Source: a virus
IMG/VR virus record: IMGVR_UViG_3300027749_000063
Coordinates: 35,220 to 99,219 of that record
Direction: 5' to 3' (one strand)
Length of the DNA: 64,000 nucleotides
The notes beneath the pieces are model-generated. The model saw only the letters and a program-made list of their open reading frames with translations, ran no database searches and had not been told where the DNA came from. Below, one piece after another: positions 35,576-45,558 of the stretch; within the stretch, counting starts at the first letter, position 1; the number at the start of each line of letters is the position of its first letter. Position numbers and translations under genes: made by a program.

Positions 35576-36859
35576 ATGCGGGATTTAAAACTTGATACTA
35601 GGCGCCTAGCTGATGGCTTTTCTACGTCTGTTCTATGGGATAGACCAAATGTTCTATGGAATAAGGCAGATGATTGGTGGAATGATAACTACGTTACTGA
35701 CTCTAATACAGCAGCTTTCCTAAGTGCTACAGGTATCATTGATCCCAACAAACAAAACTATGTAAACAATCTTGTAATAGCTCTTAAGAATCAAGGGTTA
35801 TGGAATAAGATGAAAGCAATCTATCCGTTTGTAAGCGAACAGAGAAACTTGCTTAATAACACAGACACCTTCTCAGGATGGTCATTAGAAGGAGGAACTC
35901 TAACAGGAGGCTTTACAGATCCTTTGGGAGGAACAACTGCATATAAATATGTAAACAATTCGTCTCAAGGATTATGGGCGAATCAAACCTTTACAGAAAC
36001 CTCAACAACTTACACCCAGTCTATCTGGGTTAAATCTGTTTCAGGAGCGAACGTAAACTTTATTTTAAGTAGTGGTAATGGTTCTACAGGTCAAGTGAAT
36101 TTGACAGCTACAGGAACTTGGCAGAGAGTTACCAATACAACATTTCTTGATGTAGGAGGTTCCTTTTACATTCGTAGCGTATTCGATGCTGCAGGTATTT
36201 ATGTTTGGCATCCTCAAGTAGAGTTAGGAAACCTAACAGACTATCAAGTAACTATCAACGCTCAAGAACAGTTTGCAGCAGCTTATAAGTATAACTTAAA
36301 AGATCCTCAAGATACTGACGCAGCATTTAGACTTAAGATATTTGGAACATGGACATTCACTCCTACAGGAGCTAAGCCTAATGGTACAAATGCTTATATG
36401 GATACATGTTTAAATCCTTCTACTAACTATGGAGGTATTTTAGATTCCCACTTATCCTACTATTCTAGAACTGACAATAATAGCGGATTTGATATGGGGG
36501 GAGAGACTCCAACATTTGATTTAATAGTAAGACTTAGTAATGTATTTTGGTCAAGATTTGGGAATGATGTTACAGCTACTAATACAAATGGATTAGGTTA
36601 TTACATTTCAAGCAGTAACTCAACATTTGGAATTAAAGGATACAAGAATGGTGTAAATATTTCAAGCGGTAGTTACTCGAATAGTTTATTTAATGGAAAT
36701 ATTTATTTAGGAGCTGTTAATGCTGCAGGTACAGCCTCTTCTTTTGGATCAAAACAATCTGCATTTTCTTCTATTGGTACAGGACTATCTGATACAGAAG
36801 CAGCAGCGCTTTATACTATCGTACAGCAATTCCAAACTTCAATGGCTCGCCAAGTTTAA
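35576..36859 (+). CDS. Head spike/fibre-like protein with a carbohydrate-binding-like insertion
   Basis: LK..GLW.KMKAIYPF scaffold interrupted by an RNLL...YTQSIWVKS...TGTWQRV...QVELG jelly-roll-type module; LamG-like C-terminus. Confidence 0.55.
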   Translation: MRDLKLDTRRLADGFSTSVLWDRPNVLWNKADDWWNDNYVTDSNTAAFLSATGIIDPNKQNYVNNLVIALKNQGLWNKMKAIYPFVSEQRNLLNNTDTFSGWSLEGGTLTGGFTDPLGGTTAYKYVNNSSQGLWANQTFTETSTTYTQSIWVKSVSGANVNFILSSGNGSTGQVNLTATGTWQRVTNTTFLDVGGSFYIRSVFDAAGIYVWHPQVELGNLTDYQVTINAQEQFAAAYKYNLKDPQDTDAAFRLKIFGTWTFTPTGAKPNGTNAYMDTCLNPSTNYGGILDSHLSYYSRTDNNSGFDMGGETPTFDLIVRLSNVFWSRFGNDVTATNTNGLGYYISSSNSTFGIKGYKNGVNISSGSYSNSLFNGNIYLGAVNAAGTASSFGSKQSAFSSIGTGLSDTEAAALYTIVQQFQTSMARQV

Positions 36860-36876
36860 TTTAAAATAAAATAATT

Positions 36877-37125
36877 ATGTCAGATATAACCTTAAACCTA
36901 ATTCCTTTTGATTCTGCTTTCTTTCTAACAGAAGAAGAAGCAAATACTTTAAAAGGAAAAGAGTACAGACCTAACTGTTACTTTAATCCTGTACAAGACA
37001 GTGAGGACAGGTGGTGTATCTTCTATCAGGAATCACAAGACTGCTTAAGCGAAGAATTCGCTTGGGTAAAAGATCTCCCTTACGGAGAATTTATAGCTAA
37101 ACCTACGCTTAATCCCTTTATCTAA
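36877..37125 (+). CDS. Small acidic protein, possible fibre chaperone
   Basis: YFNPVQD..D.W...WVKDLP motif; directly follows the spike gene. Confidence 0.5.
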   Translation: MSDITLNLIPFDSAFFLTEEEANTLKGKEYRPNCYFNPVQDSEDRWCIFYQESQDCLSEEFAWVKDLPYGEFIAKPTLNPFI

Positions 37126-37131
37126 AACACA

Positions 37132-39228
37132 ATGGCAACACTCTTTAATACTAAGATAAAAGACACCTACCAATCCTTACTAAAGTTGGAGGATAACACT
37201 ATCTTAACTACAACCACTAAGAACATAACAGACGGATTAGGTAATGCCTCTCCCTTGTATATGAGCACTACCCAAGTAAGAATAGGTAGTACATCTGCTA
37301 GTGCCATGTATTGGGATAACACTAATAGTAAGATGGGGATTGGTACTAATGCACCAAGTGCATCTTTGCAGGTTATTGGTATAACAGATATTGCACGTTT
37401 TGGTACTCTTACAAATTATTGGAGATTTAATTCTAACTATGCAGCAGATCAATCCTTAGAAATGGTCAATCAAGGAGGTAGTGGAAGTCAAACCTATTAT
37501 AATACGAAATTATTAAACGAAACATATCAAACTAAATTGCTATTTGGAGAGTATCAAAACTACTTAAGTTTTGGAAAGTACGATAATCATCGTATGGTTT
37601 CACTTTTTAATAATGGAAATTTTGTTATTGGTAGTAGTACAGACCTTAATGCACGTCTGGGAGTACGTGGTGCTGGATCAACTTCAGCAACCACATCTTT
37701 ATTAGTTCAGAATAGTTCGGCTAATACATTACTTCAAGTTTTAGATAATGGATTAGTTTATGTAGGTACAGGATTTACAGGTTTAAATTTTTCAGGAAGT
37801 AATACTCAAATATTTAATGACGGAGGTAGTGGAGGAACTATAACCTTTGCTATGGCTGGTAGTACTTATTTCAGAGTTTATCAACCTAAAAATGCAGGCT
37901 CAGGAATTACATCGGGAGAAATAAATACTATTACAACACCTGTTGATTACGGATGGAGTTCAGGTAGTGCTTCTCCTAATCTGCTTTCGTTAAACCCTTC
38001 AATTAATAATACAGGTACTTATTCAGGTGGAACCTTTAGAGGTATCTACTATAACCCAACTTTAACAAGTTTAACAGGAACTAATCATATTGCTATTCAA
38101 ACAGTAACAGGAGATGTATTGTTTGGTACTACAAGTGGTAAAGCAACCTTTGGATCTGGTGTAGCAGGAACGTCTTTCATCGAAGTTAAACCTGGTAATG
38201 GTAATGGAAACAATAGAATTTCATTTAATGATTTTGATGGGGGTACAACTACTAGAGGTGGATTTTTAGAATTAGGTACATATGGAGCAAGATTACAATT
38301 TGGTCAATATAATCAGTTTGGACTTGGTTGTAATGTATACCCTTATACTTTAAGTGCTATATCAAATACAGGCGAACAAAGCGTTATCATATCTAGTGGT
38401 TCTACTGCTCTAGTAGGTAATGCTTCTAGGTTGCAAGTGTACGGAAATACTTTTATTAAAGGAAACGGATCTACTTCTGCCACATCTTCTTTACTAGTAC
38501 AGAATAGTTCTGCTACTCAATTATTGCAAGTTCGTGATGATGGAGCTTTAGTTGTTGGAACAAAAGCATCAGGATTAGGTTTAATTCAAATTACAACGCA
38601 TCCTACAAATGGTTCAAAGGTTGTGATGGCAAATGAATATGGAGGTAGCATTATAACGCAATTAAGTACAGATAGTCTGTATTTTGGAGGTCAATACATT
38701 GGTGGGTTAACTGCAACTGGATATTTGCTATTATCTGCACCATATATAGCAGGTAATACCATTTCTGCTGCTTCAACAGGTGCATCTTTTAATTTTCAAG
38801 TAGCATCAAATCTTTATGGAGGTTCAGCTTCTACACCTGCAAGAGGATTTTTGATTAATGGGGGTTTAACTCTACAAAGTGCTGGATTTGTAAACGCTTT
38901 TGAACTGTCTCCAAATTTTAATTTTGACTCATCAAACAATCGTATAGTAAAAGGAATTTATTATAATCCAACGATTACAACTCCAAATACAAACGATAAA
39001 CATTATGGAATTCAGACAACCTCAGGAGGTGTTTATATAAACACTACAACTCCTAATGATGCTGCAGCTTTACAAGTAGACTCAACTACACAAGGAGTAC
39101 TCTTCCCTCGTATGACTACAACTCAGAAAAACGCTATCGCTTCTCCTGTAGGAGGACTTGTTGTCTATGATACTACTACTAATAAACTATGCTGTTACAA
39201 CGGCACAACTTGGAATGACTTATTTTAA
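37132..39228 (+). CDS. Tail fibre protein A
   Basis: MGIGTNAPSASLQV, repeated GSTSATTSLLVQNSS, C-terminal GVLFPRMTTTQKNAI..P..GL.VYDT motif typical of Bacteroidota-phage fibres. Confidence 0.75.
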   Translation: MATLFNTKIKDTYQSLLKLEDNTILTTTTKNITDGLGNASPLYMSTTQVRIGSTSASAMYWDNTNSKMGIGTNAPSASLQVIGITDIARFGTLTNYWRFNSNYAADQSLEMVNQGGSGSQTYYNTKLLNETYQTKLLFGEYQNYLSFGKYDNHRMVSLFNNGNFVIGSSTDLNARLGVRGAGSTSATTSLLVQNSSANTLLQVLDNGLVYVGTGFTGLNFSGSNTQIFNDGGSGGTITFAMAGSTYFRVYQPKNAGSGITSGEINTITTPVDYGWSSGSASPNLLSLNPSINNTGTYSGGTFRGIYYNPTLTSLTGTNHIAIQTVTGDVLFGTTSGKATFGSGVAGTSFIEVKPGNGNGNNRISFNDFDGGTTTRGGFLELGTYGARLQFGQYNQFGLGCNVYPYTLSAISNTGEQSVIISSGSTALVGNASRLQVYGNTFIKGNGSTSATSSLLVQNSSATQLLQVRDDGALVVGTKASGLGLIQITTHPTNGSKVVMANEYGGSIITQLSTDSLYFGGQYIGGLTATGYLLLSAPYIAGNTISAASTGASFNFQVASNLYGGSASTPARGFLINGGLTLQSAGFVNAFELSPNFNFDSSNNRIVKGIYYNPTITTPNTNDKHYGIQTTSGGVYINTTTPNDAAALQVDSTTQGVLFPRMTTTQKNAIASPVGGLVVYDTTTNKLCCYNGTTWNDLF

Positions 39229-39236
39229 TAAATAAC

Positions 39237-40856
39237 ATGGCAACCTTATTCAATACAAAAATAAAAGATACCTACCAGTCACTCTTAAAACTGGAAGACA
39301 ATACTATCCTAACCACTACTACTAAAAACGTAACAGATGGCTTAGGCAATGCTTCTCCTCTATACATGAGTACTACTAGGGTAGGTATAGGTACTAATGC
39401 TCCTACAAGTACATTACAAATTAAAAGTAGTGGTACAACAGCAGCTACTACTTCATTATTAACTCAAAGTAGTACAGGAACTACAACATTTTCAGTTGGG
39501 GATGACGGTAATATTTTAGTGGGTGCAACCACAATAAGTTTTAATAATAATCCAAATTTTAATAGAATAACTTCAAATTTTGGTGGAGTAACGTATGATA
39601 ATGATGGTCTAGGTTCTCTTCGTGCTTCCTATACTAATGGTCGTTATTCAACAAATGATAGAGTAGGTTTTGGTGGAGTTAATAATGCTTTATCTCGTGT
39701 ATATATTGTAGGAACAGGATCTACCTCTGCTACTACTTCATTACTTGTTCAGAATAGTTCGTCAGTTGCTGCTTTAACTATTACTGATGATGCGAATGTT
39801 ACATTTGGAGGAAGCGTAATAAATAGTAGTACGAGTCAATTAAATTTTACAAATCCAGTTCCTATTCATCGCTTAGGTAATTTTACTTTCAACGCCAACA
39901 CAATAGCAAGTTTTTTTGGAACTTTACAAATTCAAGGTGCAAGTTCCGTTGCTTTTGGCAATGCCGCAATTTCATATTTAAGAGATACACTGGTATCCAT
40001 TCAAGCATTTCTGCCAAGTAACGATACACGAAATGGACTGATATTTAATGATAATTATACAAACGCTGGTGCAGGTGCAAGTAGTACGGGTAACTTAATC
40101 ATTTTCAATAATGCTTTAAATACTTCGATAGGTAATGTTACGTTAAACCTTTTATCGGTAACAAATACAATCAATACAACTGCAGGAACTACCCTACAAC
40201 GTGGATTTTATTACAACCCTACGTTAACAGGAACTGTTGGTTTTACTCATCGTGCAATCGAAACAGTAACTGGTAACGTTCTATTAGGAACAACTAGTGG
40301 TAACGTAGGAGTAGGAGAAGCTTCACCTACAGCTAGACTACAAGTAAAAGGAAGTGGTAGTACTAGTGCAACTACATCGCTTTTGGTGCAGAATAGTGGG
40401 GGTAATTCTGCGGTAACTATTTCAGATGATTTAACAACTACTTTTAGGGATAGAATAAAGATTGATTCTGATACAATTTCGTTTTTAGCTAGTCCATCAA
40501 ATACATACATACAACAATCATTAGGTACTGGTTATGGTTATTATTCTGCTGCTATATCTAATCAGATAATGATTAATGCACAACCTAAAATAATTGTAAA
40601 AGATACAGGAGCATCACGAGCAAGTACATTAATTGTAGGTCATAGCGTAGCCACATCTGCTGCTGCAGACGCAAGTGCTTTATTAGAAGTTAGGTCTGAT
40701 GCTACGTATCTTAAAGGATTCTTACCACCTCGTATGACAACGGCACAAAAAAACGCAATAGTAACCCCCGCTGAAGGATTAATTGTTATGGACATTACAT
40801 TGCATAAACTTTGTGTTTACAGTGGTACTGCGTGGGAGACTATAACTAGTGTATAA
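39237..40856 (+). CDS. Tail fibre protein B (paralogue of A)
   Basis: 46 of the first 47 aa are identical to fibre A; same internal repeats and GFLPPRMTTAQKNAI C-terminus. Confidence 0.75.
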   Translation: MATLFNTKIKDTYQSLLKLEDNTILTTTTKNVTDGLGNASPLYMSTTRVGIGTNAPTSTLQIKSSGTTAATTSLLTQSSTGTTTFSVGDDGNILVGATTISFNNNPNFNRITSNFGGVTYDNDGLGSLRASYTNGRYSTNDRVGFGGVNNALSRVYIVGTGSTSATTSLLVQNSSSVAALTITDDANVTFGGSVINSSTSQLNFTNPVPIHRLGNFTFNANTIASFFGTLQIQGASSVAFGNAAISYLRDTLVSIQAFLPSNDTRNGLIFNDNYTNAGAGASSTGNLIIFNNALNTSIGNVTLNLLSVTNTINTTAGTTLQRGFYYNPTLTGTVGFTHRAIETVTGNVLLGTTSGNVGVGEASPTARLQVKGSGSTSATTSLLVQNSGGNSAVTISDDLTTTFRDRIKIDSDTISFLASPSNTYIQQSLGTGYGYYSAAISNQIMINAQPKIIVKDTGASRASTLIVGHSVATSAAADASALLEVRSDATYLKGFLPPRMTTAQKNAIVTPAEGLIVMDITLHKLCVYSGTAWETITSV

Positions 40857-40877
40857 TACTTACGCCTAACTATTTCC

Positions 40878-40907
40878 TTGATTTAAATTTAAAATAAACT
40901 ATTTTTG
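40878..40907 (+). promoter_or_regulatory. Bacteroidota-type promoter
   Basis: TTG-19 nt-TATTTTTG upstream of the holin. Confidence 0.7.
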
Positions 40908-40917
40908 TAAACATATC

Positions 40918-41340
40918 GTGAAAACTTCTTTCTTACTATACTCGACAACTACTGTCCTAGCTTTCTTAGGAACTTACTTCCTTAATCTAGGAGCAGCAAA
41001 TGCTGAACAGTACTTAGCGGTAGTTGCTGTTGTGTTTATAGATGGCTTCTTTGGTGTTTGGGCAGGAACTAAGAAGATTGGTTTTCAGACTAGAAAAGCA
41101 CTTAAGGTACTTCAGACTTTGTTTGCTTGGCTACTTATACTTACGGGTGTCTTGATGATTGAGAAGGGGTTTGAAGGCACTTTTTGGCTAAGCGAAACTT
41201 TATGTGCTCCCTTTATTGTTTTTCAGCTGATAAGTGCGCTTAAGAATGCTCACACAGTAGGAATCATAGACAACAGTGTACTCTCTCAGATCTTAGAGAA
41301 GATAGATAAACACAAGTTCAACCACAACAACGAAAAATAA
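40918..41340 (+). CDS. Holin (phage holin family 4-like)
   Basis: 3-4 hydrophobic helices; IDGFFGVWA and QLISALKNA..G motifs; charged C-terminus; GTG start. Confidence 0.75.
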   Translation: MKTSFLLYSTTTVLAFLGTYFLNLGAANAEQYLAVVAVVFIDGFFGVWAGTKKIGFQTRKALKVLQTLFAWLLILTGVLMIEKGFEGTFWLSETLCAPFIVFQLISALKNAHTVGIIDNSVLSQILEKIDKHKFNHNNEK

Positions 41341-41375
41341 ATTAACTTAAATTAACTTAAATTAACTTAAATTAA
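41339..41375 (+). repeat. Tandem repeat (AAATTAACTT)x3 plus a partial unit
   Basis: Exact 10-nt units just before the ATG at 41382. Confidence 0.9.
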
Positions 41376-41381
41376 ACCTAA

Positions 41382-44300
41382 ATGAAAAATACAGATCTAT
41401 ACCTTAAGTCAGGAACATACATAAAAGCCTCTACTACAACAGGAGATGTTAGTGGAATCTCTTTAGAGAACTTTGTAGTAAGTGTTTTAAACAATCCTAC
41501 ATGTTGTCCTAAGTTATTTTTAGCAACAGGAGTCTTACAACTTCAGAATGGAATTGCACTAAGTTCTACACCTGCTTTAGTAACTGACCAAAATAATACA
41601 ACTTCTCCCTTACGTCTATCCACAACAGATGTAAGTAATAGAGGAGGAGGTTCTCTTGCATCTAATACAGCTTTTGGTTCTAATGCTCTAGGTCTTAATA
41701 CTACAGGAGCTAATAATACAGCCTTTGGTCTTTCTGCTAGTTATAATAATTCAACTGGTAGTAATAATACTGCTCTTGGTTATTTAGCCTTAGCATTAAA
41801 TGCTGCCTCAAACAATACAGCCATTGGGTATCGTGCTCTAACAGCTAATACAACAGGTGCGGACAATTCGTCATTTGGAACACAATCATTATTTTCCAAT
41901 ACAACAGGTTCAAATAATACAGGAATAGGAACGTATGCTTTATATTCTAATTTGACTGGAACTGGGAATACAGCATTAGGTAAAAGTGCTTTAGAAACTA
42001 ATACATCAGGCTCAAATAATACTGCTGTAGGACAACAATCTTTGTACTTAAACACAATAGGTTCTCAAAATGTAGCAATTGGTTTATTTGCTTTACGAGC
42101 AAACACAGCAGACAACAATACAGCAGTCGGCTATCAGGCAGGGTATACTAATACGAGTGGGGCAAATAACGTTGCTATGGGTTATCAAGCATTACTATTG
42201 AATAACATAGGGAATTCTCAAGTCGCTATTGGTGCTTATGCGTTAAATGCAAATACATCAGGTGGAGAAAATACAGCAATAGGTTATCAGTCGTTGTATA
42301 AAAATACAACAGGTGCTGGAAATGTTGCTATTGGTATTTATACATTATATGAAAATTTAATAGGAATACAAAACGTAGCAATTGGCAAAAGAGCATTACA
42401 AAATAATATAACAGATAATAATACTGCTATTGGCTACCAAGCGGCTTATTGGAATTCAACAGGTAGTATAACTGCTGTTGGATATAGGGCAGGTTATAAT
42501 AATACAACAGGTATTAACAATACCGTTCTTGGTGGTGATGCTTTTTATTTCAATACAACAGGTTCTGCAAACGTAGCAGTAGGTTTTGGTAGTTTACAAT
42601 TAAACTCAACGGGTAGTAATAATACCGCTATTGGGGGCGGTGGTGTATTATACTCCAACACCGCCTCCAACAATACAGCCGTAGGTTATCAAGCAGGGTA
42701 TACAAACACAACGGGAACATTCAACGCATTTTTTGGTAGAGAAGCGGGTTATGAAAATTTAGATGGTTCTAATAACGCATTCTTTGGAAATCAAGCAGGT
42801 CGTAGAAATACATCTGGTTATCAAAACGTTGCTGTTGGAGATAACGCACTTTATAGTAACAACACAGGTGTGTTAAATGTAGCATTGGGATTTTACTCAA
42901 TGAGAAGTGTCACAACAGGTCAACAAAACGTTGGTATTGGTGGATATGCTTTACAATCTGTTGGAACAGGTAATTACAACGTAGGTATCGGTTTGGGTGC
43001 TGTCGGTGGTGTCAATGTAAGCAACAACACAGGCGTTGGATTTTATTCGTTAACTAATACCACATCAAACGATAATACTGCTTTAGGATTTCGTTCAGGA
43101 AATGCTAACACAACAGGTGGAGGTCAAGTATTCATCGGTAGTACAGCAGGATATAATAACACATCAGGTACTGCAAATACCATCATTGGGTTTCAAGCAT
43201 CCTATCAAAATATCGTAGGAAGTAATATCACCGCAATTGGTTATCAAGCATTAACAAACAACACCGCTTCCAACAATACTGCAATAGGATACCAAGCAGG
43301 GTTGAGTAATACGAGTGGTAGCGTAACCGCTTTTGGTTATAACGCATTGCTTTCAAATACCACAGGAACTGACAATACCTCAATAGGTTTACAATCACTA
43401 CGTAATAATACAACAGGTACTTCAAATGTTGCAATGGGTGTAAATTCTTTGTATAATAATAGTGCAGGTATTAAAAATGTAGCGATTGGGGTACAAGCGT
43501 TATTTCAAAATCAAGGGTCAAATAATACAGCAGTTGGTCACGAATCATTGTATGGTAATTCAAGTACGTCTGCTAATTCGGCAATGGGCTATCAAGCATT
43601 GTATAACAACCTTGCAAATAACAACACCGCAGTAGGATATCAAGCAGGTTATAGTAATACGAGTGGGGATATAACAGCAGTAGGTTTAACGGCAGGTTAC
43701 AAAAACACAACAGGTACAAACAATACAGCAATGGGAATTACATCGTTGTATTCAAATACAACAGGTAGTGGAAATTCTGCTTTTGGTTACGAAAGTTTAA
43801 TACAAAATATAACAGGTTCAAATAATTCCGCATTTGGATATAAAGCATCTTACTCAAATACAACAGGAAATCAAAACGCTGCCTTTGGTCGTTGGTCATT
43901 ACTAAATACTACAACAGGTAGTCAAAACATTGCAATTGGTAACGTAGCATTATTTAATAACGTAAGTGGTGATAACAACGTATCGGTTGGTAATGCTTCA
44001 CTATTCTCCAACACCGCCTCCAACAACACCGCAGTAGGGTATCAAGCAGGGTATAGTAATACGAGTGGGTCATTGAACGCATATCATGGTTATTTGGCAG
44101 GTTATACCAATACAACAGGAGTTAACAATACCGCTTTTGGTGCTTACGCTTTACAACTTAACGCATCTTCAAATTATAATACTGCTTTTGGAACTTACGC
44201 TTTACAAAACAATACCGCTACAAGCAATACCGCATTTGGATATGGTGCGGCAAGTGTAAATAGTACAGGTGGAAATATAACTGCAATCGGTTATTTAGCG

Positions 44301-44687
44301 TTAAACTCAAATACAACAGGTGCTGCAAATACTTCCTTAGGTTTTCAATCAATGCAAAAGACAACAACAGGTTCAGAAAATACTGCTATTGGCTATTTGT
44401 CTTTACGTGATAATTTAACAGGTGGACAAAACACAATTCTTGGTATTGCTTCTTTTACCACAACAACAGGTAGTAATAACGTTGTTGCTGGTTATCAAGC
44501 ATCTCACGCTAATTTTAGTGGAACTGTGGTTTTAGGTCGTGATGCAGCGGCAACAGCAAACAATCAATTTGTAGTAGGTAGTGCAGGAACAAACGCAGGT
44601 GCAGTAACTACCGAAGTAGTAATATCAGATACTACTTGGGCTGTTCGTATAAACGGAACGGCTTATAAAATTTTAATGAGAGCATAA
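41382..44687 (+). CDS. Long beta-roll repeat fibre/adhesin (YadA-head-like NTAxGxxAL repeats)
   Basis: Dozens of roughly 13-16-aa NNTA(V/I/F)GY.AL..NTTG repeats; ends AAATANNQFVVGS. Confidence 0.8.
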   Translation: MKNTDLYLKSGTYIKASTTTGDVSGISLENFVVSVLNNPTCCPKLFLATGVLQLQNGIALSSTPALVTDQNNTTSPLRLSTTDVSNRGGGSLASNTAFGSNALGLNTTGANNTAFGLSASYNNSTGSNNTALGYLALALNAASNNTAIGYRALTANTTGADNSSFGTQSLFSNTTGSNNTGIGTYALYSNLTGTGNTALGKSALETNTSGSNNTAVGQQSLYLNTIGSQNVAIGLFALRANTADNNTAVGYQAGYTNTSGANNVAMGYQALLLNNIGNSQVAIGAYALNANTSGGENTAIGYQSLYKNTTGAGNVAIGIYTLYENLIGIQNVAIGKRALQNNITDNNTAIGYQAAYWNSTGSITAVGYRAGYNNTTGINNTVLGGDAFYFNTTGSANVAVGFGSLQLNSTGSNNTAIGGGGVLYSNTASNNTAVGYQAGYTNTTGTFNAFFGREAGYENLDGSNNAFFGNQAGRRNTSGYQNVAVGDNALYSNNTGVLNVALGFYSMRSVTTGQQNVGIGGYALQSVGTGNYNVGIGLGAVGGVNVSNNTGVGFYSLTNTTSNDNTALGFRSGNANTTGGGQVFIGSTAGYNNTSGTANTIIGFQASYQNIVGSNITAIGYQALTNNTASNNTAIGYQAGLSNTSGSVTAFGYNALLSNTTGTDNTSIGLQSLRNNTTGTSNVAMGVNSLYNNSAGIKNVAIGVQALFQNQGSNNTAVGHESLYGNSSTSANSAMGYQALYNNLANNNTAVGYQAGYSNTSGDITAVGLTAGYKNTTGTNNTAMGITSLYSNTTGSGNSAFGYESLIQNITGSNNSAFGYKASYSNTTGNQNAAFGRWSLLNTTTGSQNIAIGNVALFNNVSGDNNVSVGNASLFSNTASNNTAVGYQAGYSNTSGSLNAYHGYLAGYTNTTGVNNTAFGAYALQLNASSNYNTAFGTYALQNNTATSNTAFGYGAASVNSTGGNITAIGYLALNSNTTGAANTSLGFQSMQKTTTGSENTAIGYLSLRDNLTGGQNTILGIASFTTTTGSNNVVAGYQASHANFSGTVVLGRDAAATANNQFVVGSAGTNAGAVTTEVVISDTTWAVRINGTAYKILMRA

Positions 44688-44694
44688 AATTAAT

Positions 44695-44702
44695 TAACTT
44701 TG
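44695..44702 (+). promoter_or_regulatory. Possible -7 element TAACTTTG
   Basis: Matches TAnnTTTG in the gap before 44730. Confidence 0.45.
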
Positions 44703-44729
44703 CAATACAAAATAAAATAAAATATAATT

Positions 44730-45056
44730 ATGACAACTTACAATTGGACAATCACTAACCTCTACACCAAGACTGTAGAAGGTTTGGAAGACTACGTAGT
44801 AACTGCTATGTTTGAAGTAGAAGGCGTAGATGGAGAATTTACTAACACCGTAAACGGAAGTCAAATGTTTACCGTAAAAGAAGGAGCTGATTTTATTCCT
44901 TATGCTAACTTGACTGAAGAGGTTGTAGTAGAGTGGATTAAAGAAGAGTTGGGTGAGAATGGTTTGCTTTCTATTACTGCTTGCATTGATGGACAGATCG
45001 AAAGCCAGAAAAACCCTCCTGTAGTTCCAGTAATCACAGCTTTACCATGGAGTTAA
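44730..45056 (+). CDS. Tail fibre assembly/chaperone-like acidic protein
   Basis: YNWTI...FIPYANLTEEVVVEWIKE.LG...LPW pattern, directly after the fibre gene. Confidence 0.6.
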   Translation: MTTYNWTITNLYTKTVEGLEDYVVTAMFEVEGVDGEFTNTVNGSQMFTVKEGADFIPYANLTEEVVVEWIKEELGENGLLSITACIDGQIESQKNPPVVPVITALPWS

Positions 45057-45205
45057 GTCTAGCTAAACAGATCGTATCTGAGGCTTTAAACATTGCTATC
45101 TCTAAGGGATGCTTTGGCTTAGTAGAAGTTTCTAATATCGTTAAGGCTTTGGAAAAGCTTGAGGAAACTCAAGACATCCAGTTTGGCGAAATTACACAAG
45201 AGTAA
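45047..45205 (+). CDS. 52-aa helical protein (absent from the ORF track)
   Basis: ATG 45047 to TAA 45205: MELSLAKQIVSEALNIAISKGCFGLVEVSNIVKALEKLEETQDIQFGEITQE; fills the gap up to the terminator. Confidence 0.7.
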   Translation: MELSLAKQIVSEALNIAISKGCFGLVEVSNIVKALEKLEETQDIQFGEITQE

Positions 45206-45208
45206 ACT

Positions 45209-45235
45209 AAGGGGGTGAAAGCCCCCTTTTATTTT
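45209..45235 (+). terminator. Intrinsic terminator
   Basis: AAGGGGGT-GAAA-GCCCCCTT followed by a T-rich tail. Confidence 0.85.
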
Positions 45236-45240
45236 ATACT

Positions 45241-45558
45241 ATGAAAAACCTATCCATTAAACTTAACTTTATCTTCTTCTTTGCTATTGTCTACCTTTTA
45301 TACAGGTATGAGTACGTACAAGAACAAGACACCAATCAAGTAATCTCTTTTATAGATTCTATTGATAAAGCAAACGATAACTACTTTGAAAAGATAGACT
45401 CCTTAGAGCATATCAAACACGAAGAGTATAGAACTTACGAAAAAATCACTTTAAAGTATGACACCATTCAAATCGCTATTGACACTATGCCTGACATTGA
45501 TGGCACAAAGTATCTACTCACAATCTCTAGACAGCTTACCGCTAAAGGAGTTGAATAA
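45241..45558 (+). CDS. Membrane-anchored protein, i-spanin-like
   Basis: N-terminal TM segment (LNFIFFFAIVYLLY) followed by a helical soluble domain. Confidence 0.45.
   Translation: MKNLSIKLNFIFFFAIVYLLYRYEYVQEQDTNQVISFIDSIDKANDNYFEKIDSLEHIKHEEYRTYEKITLKYDTIQIAIDTMPDIDGTKYLLTISRQLTAKGVE

Noticed and set aside
37132-44687. Diversity-generating retroelement or invertase shufflon acting on the fibres
   Set aside because: No reverse transcriptase or recombinase in the window; differences between repeat copies are mostly synonymous and not adenine-specific.
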